A DNA stretch of 63,693 nt, filler included, from Welwitschia mirabilis (lineage: Eukaryota), in assembly GCA_051453625.1 (NCBI GenBank). It is 8 parts of one record of this genome, joined end to end, with 100 filler letters (N's around TTAATTAATTAA, not from the genome) between each part and the next. Parts side by side here need not be neighbours in the genome. Positions count along the whole stretch, not along the records: positions 1 to 10,229 come from JBOZIK010000001.1; positions 10,330 to 26,114 come from JBOZIK010000001.1; 6 more parts are not named here. One strand, given 5' to 3'. Position 1 is the first letter of the stretch. Every line of letters begins with the position of its first letter. Below the pieces are notes generated by a model. The model had not been told where the DNA came from. It searched no databases and saw nothing but the letters and a program-made list of their open reading frames with translations. Positions 1-13,230 of the stretch are shown piece after piece. A program made the position numbers and the translations under genes.

Positions 1-2700
1 CAAAAATGAGACTAAAATCTATTCTTATTGAGGAAAAATATTCTTATTTATTATCAAAGGTTCATTTCAATCATTACATAGAAAGATATATTTTAGATTA
101 CTAGGTAAAGGTTTTTAATTAAATTAAAATTTTTAGTGTCTATCAGTTTTTTCTCAAAGTTGACTATCATCTCTAACCATTATCCAAATGACAATGATGG
201 ATGATCACCCTTAAAATATGGAATTTCAGTTGTTTTTAGATGTTGGACTTCTTCACAAATTGAAGATTCTATTTTTCATTCTCTTGATTAAAATAGTTAA
301 TTCCTAAATGTTCATAGTTTAATTTATCATAATTAAAAGCTTTTAAATTTTCTACTTTAAGTGGATCATCATACAAAATATGCTCATGAAGCATTAATCA
401 TCTCTCTTTAAGTGTATGATGCTATAAAAATAATGTTGGTTTAATTTATTTATCTACATTCCACTTATCACGTAGNNNNNNNNNNNNNNNNNNNNNNNNN
501 NNNNNNNNNNNNNNNNNNNNNNNNNNNNNNNNNNNNNNNNNNNNNNNNNNNNNNNNNNNNNNNNNNNNNNNNNNNAATGTTCATAGTTAAATTTATTATA
601 ATTAAAAGCTTTTAAATTTTCTACTTTAAGTGGGTCATCATACAAAATAGGTTCATGAAGCATTAATCATCTCTCTTTAAGTGGATGATGCTATAAAAAT
701 AATTTTGGTTTAATTTATTTCTCTACATTCCACTCATCATGTAGTTTTTTTTAAAATGGCATCAAAAACTCTAATGGTAAAATTTTTATTTCCTAAGTAA
801 TATTTAATCATTTTAATTCTTATATTAATAATATAATGGATTGTTACATAAAATGCTCTTCCTAGAAGTAGTAAATAACCTTCATTATTCTCAACTTTAA
901 TCACAACCACATCTATTAGATAGAATGCTTTTTCAATTTGAATCACCAAATCTTTTATTACTCTTAATGGTTTCTTCACTAATGTATCAGTCAATTCTAA
1001 GGTAATACATGTAGGCCAATTCTAATTTTCAGATTAAGTCTTTGACAAATGTGTAAAGAAATATGTTAACACTAGCTCCTATATTAATTAAGGCTTTCTT
1101 AATTCTTTTATTTCCTCTAATATGACACTAATTGTTATTGCTCCAACATCCTTAAATTTTGAACAATTTTGTGAAACTAAGTTGGTTATAGATTGGAACA
1201 GTAAGTATTTACTAGGTATGGTTCATTTTTATTTTCTTCTAATTAGGTCCTTTCACAACTTAGAATACTTAATATTTTCTTGTGAGAGTTTCTAAAATGG
1301 TAAATTTATTTTCACATCTTACATGAAGGTTTTTAGATGATCATTAAAGATAGGATTGGTATTTAATCTATCAAGCCAAGGGGTAGTAGGTTTTTTTTCC
1401 CTTTATCTTGTGAATAATTTTTCTTATTAAGCTTATCACTTAAAGGAAAAGAAAAGTTATGATTTTCTAAAATTTCAATATCCTCTTCTTATTCTTTATT
1501 TTTCTTATCATTTTTTATAGTTGAAGCCTCATAGATAGGAGATATTATATCATTTTTACTTCTCATTATAACATTTCAATCTTTTCTTAATTTTTTAGAG
1601 TTAGGTAAAGATTGTGTTGTAAGTAATCATTACGATCTTTAATCTGAAATCATATTTTGTTGAATAAGATTTACCAGATTTTCAATGTTTGAGTTTGTTT
1701 TCTCTTAAGATTTTCTAAGTTTATTAATGGAATTTCTAAGTGGATCATTTTGATTTTGTAAATTTGATATACTTTCTTGATAATTTGAGCTACTTAGTTG
1801 GAAGTGAGAATCATTTAATTAGAAATTAGAATTCTCATATATTTCTAAATGGTTGAAAATTTGGATGATTTGTTTAAAAGTTCTTAAATTTTTTTTTAGT
1901 AAATTAAAAGTTAAATTATCCATTTATCTTAGATTGAAATTCATTTTAATTCCTATAGTTATAAAGACTNNNNNNNNNNNNNNNNNNNNNNNNNNNNNNN
2001 NNNNNNNNNNNNNNNNNNNNNNNNNNNNNNNNNNNNNNNNNNNNNNNNNNNNNNNNNNNNNNNNNNNNNNNNNNNNNNNNNNNNNNNNNNNNNNNNNNNN
2101 NNNNNNNNNNNNNNNNNNNNNNNNNNNNNNNNNNNNNNNNNNNNNNNNNNNNNNNNNNNNNNNNNNNNNNNNNNNNNNNNNNNNNNNNNNNNNNNNNNNN
2201 NNNNNNNNNNNNNNNNNNNNNNNNNNNNNNNNNNNNNNNNNNNNNNNNNNNNNNNNNNNNNNNNNNNNNNNNNNNNNNNNNNNNNNNNNNNNNNNNNNNN
2301 NNNNNNNNNNTTAAGCTTTTATGTGAAATAGTTCTTAGTAATAATTTTGATTTTTATTTAATGTGATGGAAAAGATAACTATGAAAATATGATCATTAAT
2401 TTATTTTTTACCTTTTTCTAAAGTAAGTACTAATTGTTTGATGTCAGTTATATGTTTTAAAGGATATTTTCATTATTTTCTCCATTAAAAATAGGATATG
2501 CATTAAAGTTTCTTAACTCAACATCATTACCAAAAGGTAGGTCAAAAGGATTTTGGATTTCACACTTTTTATTTACAATTAGTTCTTTAAGAGTGACATT
2601 GGCGTTTGGATTAGTGGAAGTAGTAGAAGTTCCTATCATAATAGGGGTGTTTATAGAAGATACTTATTTCTATTTTTCCATAGATTTTGACATTGTAATA
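1..2700 (-). pseudogene. Degenerate gag-protease and PR-RT linker
   Basis: Minus-strand motifs: KALINIGASVNI (~1064-1097, cf. ALxDLGASVN), KFKDVGAITI (~1135-1165, cf. KLKDPG.FTI), ORF 737-994 LLLGRAF (cf. LLLGRPF), gag N-terminus in ORF 2457-2639. Many stops and frameshifts. Confidence 0.8.
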
Positions 2701-3352
2701 AACCTATTTTATTCTAAACTTCCTTTTGAAAAATTTTCTTTGAAAAATCAAATTTTAAAACAATAAATGTAGAAAAATATTTCTACTAAATTCTTGAAAT
2801 GTTTTGTGTAACTGGAGTATGCATTCCTAGGTTTAGTTCATAGTTGATCAAACCTTTTTAGTGTTTTCTTTGATCAACAACCACTCTCTTTGATACTTTG
2901 TCTTTTTTCTCAAGTTAATAATTTTCCAACATACTTAGTTATATATCTATAAGCATTATATTGGTGGTTATCTAGATAATATACATGGATGATAAAAGAT
3001 ACAAAAAAACCTAAAAATAAAAAATCTAGAAAAAATAGAGTTGTAAAATAGCACAAAATGAAAAATTGACATTCATCCTCTTAGTCCCCTAGGTAATAGA
3101 AAAATATGATGGAAAAATCCCTAATTCTTATGAAAATCAAAAACTCTACTTTCATGTGCTATTGTTATTGCACATCATCTGGATGATAAGCAGGATAATA
3201 AGGCATTATTTTTAAAATGCAAATTAGAAAATGCAAAAAGGAAAAAACCTATGATTTTACTATAAATATAGAATAGTATTTTAGATAAATACCTAAAATA
3301 AAATCCAAACTACTTATCTAAGTAATGATAATTTTCAAGCTTCAAGTATCCT

Positions 3353-3370
3353 TCCCTAACAATAGTGCCA
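3353..3370 (-). promoter_or_regulatory. Degenerate primer binding site, tRNA-Asp type
   Basis: Minus strand TGGCACTATTGTTAGGGA versus Athila PBS TGGCGCCGTTGCCGGGGA; 3 nt from the LTR end; differences are all transitions. Confidence 0.8.
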
Positions 3371-3373
3371 ATA

Positions 3374-4615
3374 TGTTGTAGTGAATATTTATGTAATCTT
3401 TTACATTCTAATTAAATCCTATCAATTACAAATACATATTACAAAATACAACATACTAATATAGATAAGAGTAATCCAAATGTTATATTCTATTAAAGGT
3501 ATGAGAGAGAAGAAAGATAATTTATTTTAACAAAATATTTATATACTTTCTAAGTATAACAAAATAATCAATATAAAGTAAGCAACGCAAATAAGTACAC
3601 TATGCAAATGAGATGTAAGACTAATATAAATGCAACATCTATTCAATTACCAAATCAACCTGTCATGGAGATTAGTCCTGTATAATCTAGATAAATCAAG
3701 AAAATCTGCGCCCAAAACAAGCCCAACCTAAGATATTAGGTGTATTAAATAGAATATGAAACCAATGTAAGTTAGTTTAGAAAATGAAATACAATGCACC
3801 TAAACTACTAATATCGACCTTAATAAAGATTTCCCTTATGATCTTTATCATAAATGAAGTTGTCATGGAATCCTAAGCAACATAAATCATAAGGGAATTG
3901 TACATAACAAAATACATAAAAAGAAAAATAGAGTTTTGATTACATTCAAAGCAACATCTATGTTATAAAGCAGTAGCAACCCAATGAAGAATACATAGCC
4001 CAACATCAAAGAAGATATTCTCTACAACAACNNNNNNNNNNATCCTTTAATCTTCTATGACCATAATTGATGCCAAATAATATAAAGTTAGAGTTAATGA
4101 TGAAGGAGGTATTTATTACAAATAAGACTATAAAGCAAACACTAACAGATGTGATAAAATCCTAAAAGCCATGCAATACAGTGCATGACACATGATGAAA
4201 GTTTACTAAAGTTTGATAAACAACTATTTTTAGGTTTCATCCTAATTGTCATTCCGATATTATAGGAGATGATGCCATATGATAATGAATCCACATCAAC
4301 TACTAGTTTGGTCCAATAAGCATTCCATTTAGCATAGATTCTTCTGTCATCTATACTATTATTAATATGATAAGGTAAATGATGGGCTTCATAAAGATGT
4401 CTCTTATGTTAGATCAGCCTCTCTAATTACAANNNNNNNNNNNNNNNNNNTTGTAGCTTGTCATAAATGCTATTAAATGTAATAAAGATTGGATTTTTTC
4501 ATGATATTTTCCTTAGCTCTTCATTATCATTTAAAATTAGCATAAACCTGTATAATGTTTTGTAAACCTACTCAAAATACCCTATCAAATACATATAATT
4601 TTATAGTGCAATACA
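3374..4615 (-). repeat. Family-A LTR (5' LTR of A1)
   Basis: Starts TGTTGTAGTG, ends GTGCAATACA; colinear with the other family-A LTRs. Confidence 0.8.
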
Positions 4616-6624
4616 TCTCTTAGTAGTATTATCTTCTTCATTTGGAGAACCATTCAAATTACTACTAGAACCATGATTAAGCAAGCTAAGAGCATAAAAT
4701 TAATTAATTTCTATAGATTTCAAAGTAGTTGTACCAATAGAAGGAATGGAATCATTAGTGATGGTTATATGTTCCTCCTCAACCATAGGATATTAAGCAT
4801 CTAATATGGTTACTGGGTTAGAGAAAAGATGAAGCTGATGAAGCTAAGAATTATTGTTTGAAGTCTCTAAAAAGATGACGTCATAAGAATTAAGGATCTT
4901 ATAATGCTCTAGGAGATATATTTGATAACTTTCTAGTTGATTAGATATCCTATAAAGAAATTTATAAAAGCATGTACTTCAAATTTTTCATAATGTTTGT
5001 AAAATATGAACATATCATTACAATTTAAAACATGAAAATCATTTAACTTTGACTTACATCCATACTAATTTTCAGCTAGAGAAACCTCTTTTTTAGTAAA
5101 TTAACTAATATTATTATTAATATGTACTCTTATATTTACTACTTTACCACAAATATAGGTCTTACAATCACTAAAATATATCATGGAATGTGCTATATCC
5201 ATGATAGTGTGATTAAATCACTTAGAAAATCCACTTTATTAATGTATATCAAGGTAGATCTTCAAATGTTAAATTTCTTNNNNNNNNNNNNNNNNNNNNN
5301 NNNNNNNNNNNNNNNNNNNNNNNNNNNNNNNNNNNNNNNNNNNNNNNNNNNNNNNNNNNNNNNNNNNNNNNNNNNNNNNNNNNNNNNNNNNNNNNNNNNN
5401 NNNNNNNNNNNNNNNNTATTTTAAGAAGTATACCAAGTTATTTAGGAATAATAATTAATGAAATAAATAAATAACAAAATATGTAAAGAGTAAAAATTGG
5501 TATAGATCCATATAAATCACTATAAATAAGTAGAAGGTTTTAATTGACATGCCATTTACTTAATGTAAATCATTGTCTAGTCACTTTGTTTATAATATAT
5601 GCTTTGCATTAAGGAAAATCACATGAAATAAATGGAAGACACCAGTGGATATTATCATATGTTACATTTATCATATAAGAAAAGGAATATCATAGTCAAG
5701 CATATCAGAATAGTGAGGAAGAGATATCGCCTTGAAAAACTATGCAAGAAATCTCTCATATTTTGACACAATCATGAAGATGAATGAGCTTTTCATTCAT
5801 TTATTCTTTCATAATCAATTATTTATTTCTATCGTAAATATCCATTGAGTGATTTATCATGGAAGTAGAATGGATATTAATAAAATATGCAACCTCAAAG
5901 AAGGAACGTATAAAATATGAGTAGTAGTGTACGAAGCAATGATGTTAAGTTAAGAGTAATTAAATCATATCCTTCTACTAGAATTAGATTTTTCTTTGCT
6001 ACATAAACCTAACTTGTTACATTAATGAAGTCATCAAAATAATCATGCCAATAATTTATCTAGTGATTTGCACTTGTGTCAAGAACCCATGTGTTATCAT
6101 AAGGCATGTGCTCACTCATACTAATAAAGTATAAGTTATTAAGAAATTACATTTGATTCAAAATTTTCAAAGTCATCTAATAAATTAGAGTCTTCAACAA
6201 CTGCATTTTCCTTTGGTGTTGACTCTATCTTAGTTTAAGAAATTCTACATAAGTACAATGATCTTATGTTCCACATCATGAATATTAATATTTGTTATTC
6301 TTAGTATTAATAGTATTCTAAATTTTCTTCTTATTTGGCTAAGTCAGATTAGACTTCTTATTTTGCTATTTTTATAAATCCTTATCATTATCATGATGTA
6401 ATTTCTTTTGTGAATGAAATTTGTTTATAGATTATTTATGTTGACAAGAAGGGTCATAGGAATAAGAGAATTTATATGGGCATCAAAGAAAGAAGATCCC
6501 ATAAATTTAAACTAAGCTTTAGTAAAATAAAATCCTTACCAAGCATATCAAAATTTATGTTTTAGTTACTATCATGTAGTAGTGTAATATAACTACATGA
6601 GAAGAAATCTTCCAAATAACAGTG
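4616..6624 (-). mobile_element. Degenerate Ty1/copia internal fragment (protease to integrase), cut by the A1 LTR
   Basis: Minus strand: TWVLDTSANH (~6064-6095, copia protease), LIYSDLYGSIP (~5498-5530, cf. LVHSDLCGP), NHTIMDIAHSMI (~5180-5215, cf. NRTIMDMARSM), FFIGY (~4945), YDVIFLE (~4865-4890). Confidence 0.8.
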
Positions 6625-7260
6625 NNNNNNNNNNNNNNNNNNNNNNNNNNNNNNNNNNNNNNNNNNNNNNNNNNNNNNNNNNNNNNNNNNNNNNNNNNNN
6701 NNNNNNNNNNNNNNNNNNNNNNNNNNNNNNNNNNNNNNNNNNNNNNNNNNNNNNNNNNNNNNNNNNNNNNNNNNNNNNNNNNNNNNNNNNNNNNNNNNNN
6801 NNNNNNNNNNNNNNNNNNNNNNNNNNNNNNNNNNNNNNNNNNNNNNNNNNNNNNNNNNNNNNNNNNNNNNNNNNNNNNNNNNNNNNNNNNNNNNNNNNNN
6901 NNNNNNNNNNNNNNNNNNNNNNNNNNNNNNNNNNNNNNNNNNNNNNNNNNNNNNNNNNNNNNNNNNNNNNNNNNNNNNNNNNNNNNNNNNNNNNNNNNNN
7001 NNNNNNNNNNNNNNNNNNNNNNNNNNNNNNNNNNNNNNNNNNNNNNNNNNNNNNNNNNNNNNNNNNNNNNNNNNNNNNNNNNNNNNNNNNNNNNNNNNNN
7101 NNNNNNNNNNNNNNNNNNNNNNNNNNNNNNNNNNNNNNNNNNNNNNNNNNNNNNNNNNNNNNNNNNNNNNNNNNNNNNNNNNNNNNNNNNNNNNNNNNNN
7201 NNNNNNNNTTAACATAATAAATGTAATCTTATTTTTGCAAATTAATTTCCACTACCTTTA

Positions 7261-7731
7261 TGTTTACATGATAAAATTGACATTACAAGTAAGTATAATT
7301 GATCCATTTTGCATTAGGAAAGACATTAAATTCATCAATTTATTATAGAATGATGTTTTTTAATTATCTTTATTATATTGTCATGAAATTATGGACTTCC
7401 CTAGGTATATTAATGCTTTTACAAAACTATTTCCAAACTAAATAATTTTGAGCACCAAATATCAGCACCACTACTCAAGATCACTAGTACCACTAGCATT
7501 TTGAGGAAGCATTGCATAAAACTCACATTCCTCTAATATTTTGGGAAGTTAATGATTTTATACTTATGAGCTAAGTTATAATTAATCCTAAATAAATCTT
7601 TAAAACTTAATAACACATGGAAAAATTATAAAATAATACTTTGCAATGACATGTGGTGTAACCAGGATGATCACATGGAAGACATATGATATGGCATTCA
7701 TTGGTAGTATTATTAGTAGTTAGAGGACATG
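7261..7731 (+). repeat. Family-B LTR, left part, interrupted by element A2
   Basis: Starts TGTTTACATGATAAAATTGACATT, matching the reverse complement of the LTR end at 26838; also matches the reverse complement of ~28980-29450. Confidence 0.65.
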
Positions 7732-8807
7732 TGTTGCAGTGTGTATTTATGTAAATGTTTATACTCAAAGAGATCTTGTCATTTACAAATAAAATAGATA
7801 TCTTACATAATAGAACATACTGGTATAGTTGGGAGTAATCCCGAATGTCATATTTTGTTGAGGACTTATGAGAGAAGAACAAGAATTGATTTTCACCAAA
7901 GTAAAGTGATTAAACTTAAAGAACTATGTAGAAAATAAAGATATAATGCAAATGCAAATGCAACCTAACCTAAATGTAACACAAAATGAATCTGAACTAC
8001 TTGCTTTTAGCCTTAACAAAGGCTATCCTTAAGACCTATATCACCCAAGAAATTGTCACTAGATCAAGGGCAACATAAACCATAAGGGATATCTATCAAA
8101 CTAACATGCATAAAAGAAAAATAAAGTTTTAAATTAAAAGGAACCAAACATCTAGGTTACAAAATAGTTGGGCCTTAATGGAGGATGCACAGCCCTCTAC
8201 CAAGGAAATGTTTTTCTAGAACACTCAATATGGATCTCCCATTCTTCGATCTCCTATAACAAGAATTTTCAGTGCAATAAATATAGAGAGGAGAATTAAA
8301 GAAGAACTTATTTATAAGAAAAACACAACAGAAAATGACAAATAGAAGGCACTGTAATATGCAATCTTTTACAGATAAGAAACAGATGAAATGGTTAAGG
8401 GTTAGCTATTAGAGTCAGTTACAATATTANNNNNNNNNNTCCTAATTATCATCTAGATGATTATGGAAATGATAGCTCATTATAAAAGATAACTGAGTAG
8501 ATGATTTAATAATCCACATTAGCATCTAATAATGTTATCATCCTGCCTATCATGGGATGATAGAGGGAACAATAGTCTTCTTATCATTCAAGTCAATAGA
8601 AGCTAGTCTTTTATATAAAAAATCTTCTTTCATAGTCATGAGTATTAGAATGTGGAATAAATGCCTCAAATCTTACTAATAATTACACATTTCTAAGATA
8701 TTTTATTATTTCTCCAAAATCCTCATAACTATACCTAAACCTATGCAAATTTATTACAAAATAGCTCATAAAACCCAATTAACTAACCAAAAATTGGCAG
8801 TACAACA
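7732..8807 (-). repeat. Family-A LTR (3' LTR of A2)
   Basis: TGTTGCAGTG...GGCAGTACAACA, followed on + by TAGGCCTCCACTT (minus-strand purine tract). Confidence 0.85.
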
Positions 8808-10229
8808 TAGGCCTCCACTTAGCCTTTATCAATCCATGATAAAAACAAGATTAAAAAACATAATTGTAAGCGAATTTGTCTTATAAAAAATAAATCTAAA
8901 AATTTTAAAACAAGCTCATAAAATAATCACATAGAAAAATAACATGTAACGCATAATATGTACAAAAAAGTTTTAAAATTTTATCTCATGAAAACTCAAA
9001 AAGTTTATGAAAAATAAGCCATGAGAATGGGTCCTACCCCCTTGAGAAAAATAATACATCCTGTACTAGATAATAAAGTAAATAAAGTAGTCATGAGTAA
9101 AAAGGTAAATGATGAATAATTAAAATTTGACATCTTTAATAAATGAAGTGCAAAACTAAGTAAAGAAATGTCANNNNNNNNNNNNNNNNNNNNNNNNNNN
9201 NNNNNNNNNNNNNNNNNNNNNNNNNNNNNNNNNNNNNNNNNNNNNNNNNNNNNNNNNNNNNNNNNNNNNNNNNGATGAATAATTAAAATTTGACATCTTT
9301 AATAAATGAAGTGCAAAACTAAGTAAAGAAATGTCAAATTTGAAAAATATAGATAGATAAAATACTCTAATAAGTAAAAGAGTGGATAATGAATATGTTT
9401 CATCACAAAAATTGATGAATAATAGTGATTATAACTCCAAAATACTAAAAATAAAAATCACAAAATTTATTTAAGTAAGAAAATAACTCTTTATTGAAAA
9501 CTAAGTAAGGAAAGCATTAATCTCCTAAAAAGATAATGAAATATGGTAATGACTTTAAAATAACTAATTCAACCATAATAGAAAATAAAAAGAATGGACA
9601 TAAGGTAACATAAATAAAAGATAACCCACTGATCTAACATTTTAACCTAGCAGACTCCTATGAAAGAAAGCATAACATCACTTGATTTTAAAAATGCATG
9701 ATGTAATGTATAAAAAAATTCCATTCAATAAGGCAGTGATTATAATGATGCTAAAAATGAAATGCTTTAAACAATAAATGATTAGAACAAATAATTACTC
9801 AAAAATAAACTTACCTACTAACATCTCAAAGAAAACATCTAAATCTCAATAAATAAAATGATCATGTAGAAAGAATAAGAGTCTAGAAAATAATCAATGC
9901 CTTTGATAACACCAGGAACACCACTAATCTTGTAGCCTCTAAGTTTTTATTATTTTATTATCTAAGATGAGGGGAGTGCAGCCATTATCAGAGAAGGAAG
10001 GACTCATGAAGCATGACTAACTGACCTCTTAGTGAAGTTTCCACAGCTATCATATTATACTGCCAAAGGCTCTTATTGAAAATATTTGTCCTAGTATACT
10101 TGTAGAAGGACATCATGATGACCATGTTTTTAAAATATATCAATAAAACATCATGATCTTATTTCATTATCTATTTTTTTTTTAAGCATTGAAAACATTT
10201 CATATGACTAAACACTCCAAAAGACAAAG

Positions 10230-10329
10230 NNNNNNNNNNNNNNNNNNNNNNNNNNNNNNNNNNNNNNNNNNNNTTAATTAATTAANNNNNNNNNNNNNNN
10301 NNNNNNNNNNNNNNNNNNNNNNNNNNNNN
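10230..10329. other. Synthetic contig linker (N44-TTAATTAATTAA-N44); core also at 26159, 35099, 37422, 51410, 58580, 60990
   Basis: Identical palindromic 12-mer with stop codons in all six frames, centred in 100-nt N spacers seven times. Confidence 0.95.
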
Positions 10330-11373
10330 TTTAGAGATTGTTTTTCCAATTCATTTTTTATGTCTACCAGTCCTTCTCTAATGTTCTTCTCTATCAATAG
10401 CCTTTCTCTCTGATATCGTTTTTCAATGCTGACCATGTCATAGCATCTTGAAAATAGAAAACAATAGAAAATAAGATTAAAAACAACAAACTATCATCTT
10501 GTCTGTCATGAGAATGATAGAGGAGACAACAAACATAGAGATAGCAGAAAATAGAAGCTTGATAGAGTTGAAAGTGAAAAATAGAAAAACACATACTGTC
10601 ATCTTACTAGTCATCCAGATGACAAAGGAGATGATAGAGATTGATTTTATTAAAAAAATAAAATTCAAAAATAAAATAAAAAATGAAAACTAAAATCATA
10701 GATTATCGTCCTAACTATCATGGGGATAATAGAAGGGACAACCTTTATTTTACTAATAAAAACCAAAACTAATAAACTACAAACAAAAAAACTATGATTA
10801 CTAAATAAAAAATAACANNNNNNNNNNNNNNNNNNNNNNNNNNNNNNNNNNNNNNNNNNNNNNNNNNNNNNNNNNNNNNNNNNNNNNNNNNNNNNNNNNN
10901 NNNNNNNNNNNNNNNNNNNNNNNNNNNNNNNNNNNNNNNNNNNNNNNNNNNNNNNNNNNNNNNNNNNNNNNNNNNNNNNNNNNNNNNNNNNNNNNNNNNN
11001 NNNNNNNNNNNNNNNNNNNNNNNNNNNNNNNNNNNNNNNNNNNNNNNNNNNNNNNNNNNNNNNNNNNNNNNNNNNNNNNNNNNNNNNNNNNNNNNNNNNN
11101 NNNNNNNNNNNNNNNNNNNNNNNNNNNNNNNNNNNNNNNNNNNNNNNNNNNNNNNNNNNNNNNNNNNNNNNNNNNNNNNNNNNNNNNNNNNNNNNNNNNN
11201 NNNNNNNNNNNNNNNNNNNNNNNNNNNNNNNNNNNNNNNNNNNNNNNNNNNNNNNNNNNNNNNNNNNNNNNNNNNNNNNNNNNNNNNNNNNNNNNNNNNN
11301 NNNNNNNNNNNNNNNNNNNNNNNNNNNNNNNNNNNNNNNNNNNNNNNNNNNNNNNNNNNNNNNNNNNNNNNNN

Positions 11374-12366
11374 GCAAATGTTTATGCTCAAATAGATCCT
11401 ATCATTTATAAATAAATAGATATCTTGCATAATGCAACATACTAGTATAGTTAGGAGTGAATCTAAATGTCGTATCTTATTGAAAACTTACAAGAGAAGA
11501 ACAAGAATTGAGTTTTATCAAAGTAAAGTAACCAAACTTAAAAAACTATGCAAAAAATAAAGATACAATGCAAATGGAAATGCAACCTAATATAAATGCA
11601 ATGCAACATAAATCTAAACTGCTTCCATTTATCCTTAATGAAGGCTATCTTAAGACCTATAGCACTTAAGAAATTGTTACTAGATCAAGGGTAATATAAA
11701 CCATGAGGGACATTTGTCAAAGCCTCAATGAAGGATGCATAGCTCTCCACTAAGGAAATGTCTTTTTGCAACACTCGAGATGGACCTCCTACCTTTCGAT
11801 CTCCTATTACAAAAATTACTAATGTAACAAAGATAGAGAGGAGAATTAAAGAGGGACTTATTTATAGGAAAAGAATAGCAAAAAATAACAAATAAAAGGT
11901 ACTACAATACATGTTCTTTTATAGATAAAAAAGGGATGAAATGATCAAGGGTCAATTGTCAAAGTCAGTTACAATCTCAGTTTCATCCTGATTATCATCT
12001 AGATGATGATGGAGATGATAGCTCATTACAAAAAGTGACTCAGTAGATGACTCATTAAATGATTCAGCAGTCTGCATTAGCATTTAAGGGTGTCATCATC
12101 CTACCTATCATAGGAATGACAGAGGGCATGATAATCTTCTTTATCATCCAAATTAGCAAAATCTAGCCTTTTCTATCAAAAATCTTATTCCACAATCATG
12201 AGTATCAAAATGTATCATAAATTCCTCAAATCTTGCTAAGAATTTCACATTTTTGAGATCTTCTATTATTTCTTCATAATTCTAAGAATTACACCTAAAC
12301 CTATGAAAATGTCCTATAAAATAGATCATAAAATCCATTAAGTAACTAGAAACTAGTAGCACAACA
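11374..12366 (-). repeat. Family-A LTR (5' LTR of A2, left end in gap)
   Basis: Colinear with 7753-8807, ends GTAGCACAACA; lacks ~75 bp at ~11720 relative to the 3' LTR. Confidence 0.85.
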
Positions 12367-12371
12367 ACATG

Positions 12372-13230
12372 TCATCATCATGTTTACATAAAAATATAAA
12401 TAATCTTTCTTATAGCTACATGCCACATGTTTATAACTTCCTCCTTAAGTACCCATCCTTAAGTAACTTCCCTTATGAAAACCATCCACCAACCTTATCT
12501 AATGTAATCATGAAGAAGCACTTCGAAGCCTATAAAGTGTCTTAAGTTTCCATTCTAAACAACTTTTAGTTGGCTTAATGTGGAAAAGACTTGGAGTTTA
12601 GAATGTAATAATGCTTTGATTCTTTTCATGGGGTATAATGATTTAAGGTCAGTTGAGAAGTTCATCTTCTTTATCTCTCTCTTTTATTAATGTAATGTAT
12701 ATTTATTTTAGTTTTGATAAATTATTGGTTTAAACCCTTTCATTTTTAATGTTCAAGTCATTTTCTATTATCAATATTTAGGTAGAACTAGTTCTATAAT
12801 TAGTTTTAATGTTTTCATTATTATTGCACAATTCATTTAGCATTAGAAATATTAAGGTAGAACTAATTCTTAAGTAGTTTCTTCATTTTAATATTATTGC
12901 ATAATTTATTTATGATTGACAATTTATTGGTGGATCTTACTTCATTATTAATTTTAGAATATAGAAATCATTAAAGCAAAGGTGAAGAGTTGGATAAATT
13001 AAGTGGAACCTTGAAGTATTTCTATTTCCTTATGTCATCGGTTTAATATCATTCTCTTCTCATACTTCTGATTTTATTTTGCTTTGAGTTTTTATATAAG
13101 ATAAAGTAATTGTATTTCTCTTAATAAGTTACTACATATATCCTTATGAAAGAATAATTCTAAGTATAGATTCAAATAAATTTATATTATTACAAAGCTA
13201 TAATGATATTTTCAAGCCATGGTCAGGGAT
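12372..13230 (+). repeat. Family-B LTR, right part, with a possible very degenerate PBS at ~13209-13230
   Basis: Reverse complement of ~28130-28980. TTTTCAAGCCATGGTCAGGGAT weakly resembles TTTTGGCGCCGTTGCCGGGGAT. Confidence 0.55.

Larger units (their letters stand above)
1..4615 (-). mobile_element. Athila-like Ty3/gypsy element A1, 5' part (5' LTR, PBS, leader, degenerate gag-protease), running off the window start
   Basis: LTR at 3374-4615, PBS directly inside it, then decayed gag and protease motifs on the minus strand. Confidence 0.85.
7732..12366 (-). mobile_element. Athila-like element A2 with both LTRs and a 5-bp target site duplication; interior interrupted by a contig join
   Basis: ACATG at 7727-7731 and 12367-12371; 3' LTR 7732-8807, PPT, 3' UTR to 10229, linker gap, leader 10330-10817, N-gap, 5' LTR 11374-12366. 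Confidence 0.8.

Noticed and set aside
307..743. Tandem duplications flanking 100-N gaps (also ~9110-9336, 17987-18264, 40558-40803, 60276-60458)
   Set aside because: Each pair abuts a fixed-size gap, consistent with unmerged contig overlaps, possibly of different haplotypes. Real duplication cannot be excluded without reads.
10274..10285. TTAATTAATTAA as a biological motif (PacI sites or piggyBac-type TTAA)
   Set aside because: It is always centred in a 100-nt N spacer, so it is a synthetic assembly linker.
10394..10693. Hydrophobic small ORFs (also 16477-17085) as env-like or membrane peptides
   Set aside because: They arise from T-rich leader spacers, and the frames are not conserved between homologous leaders.
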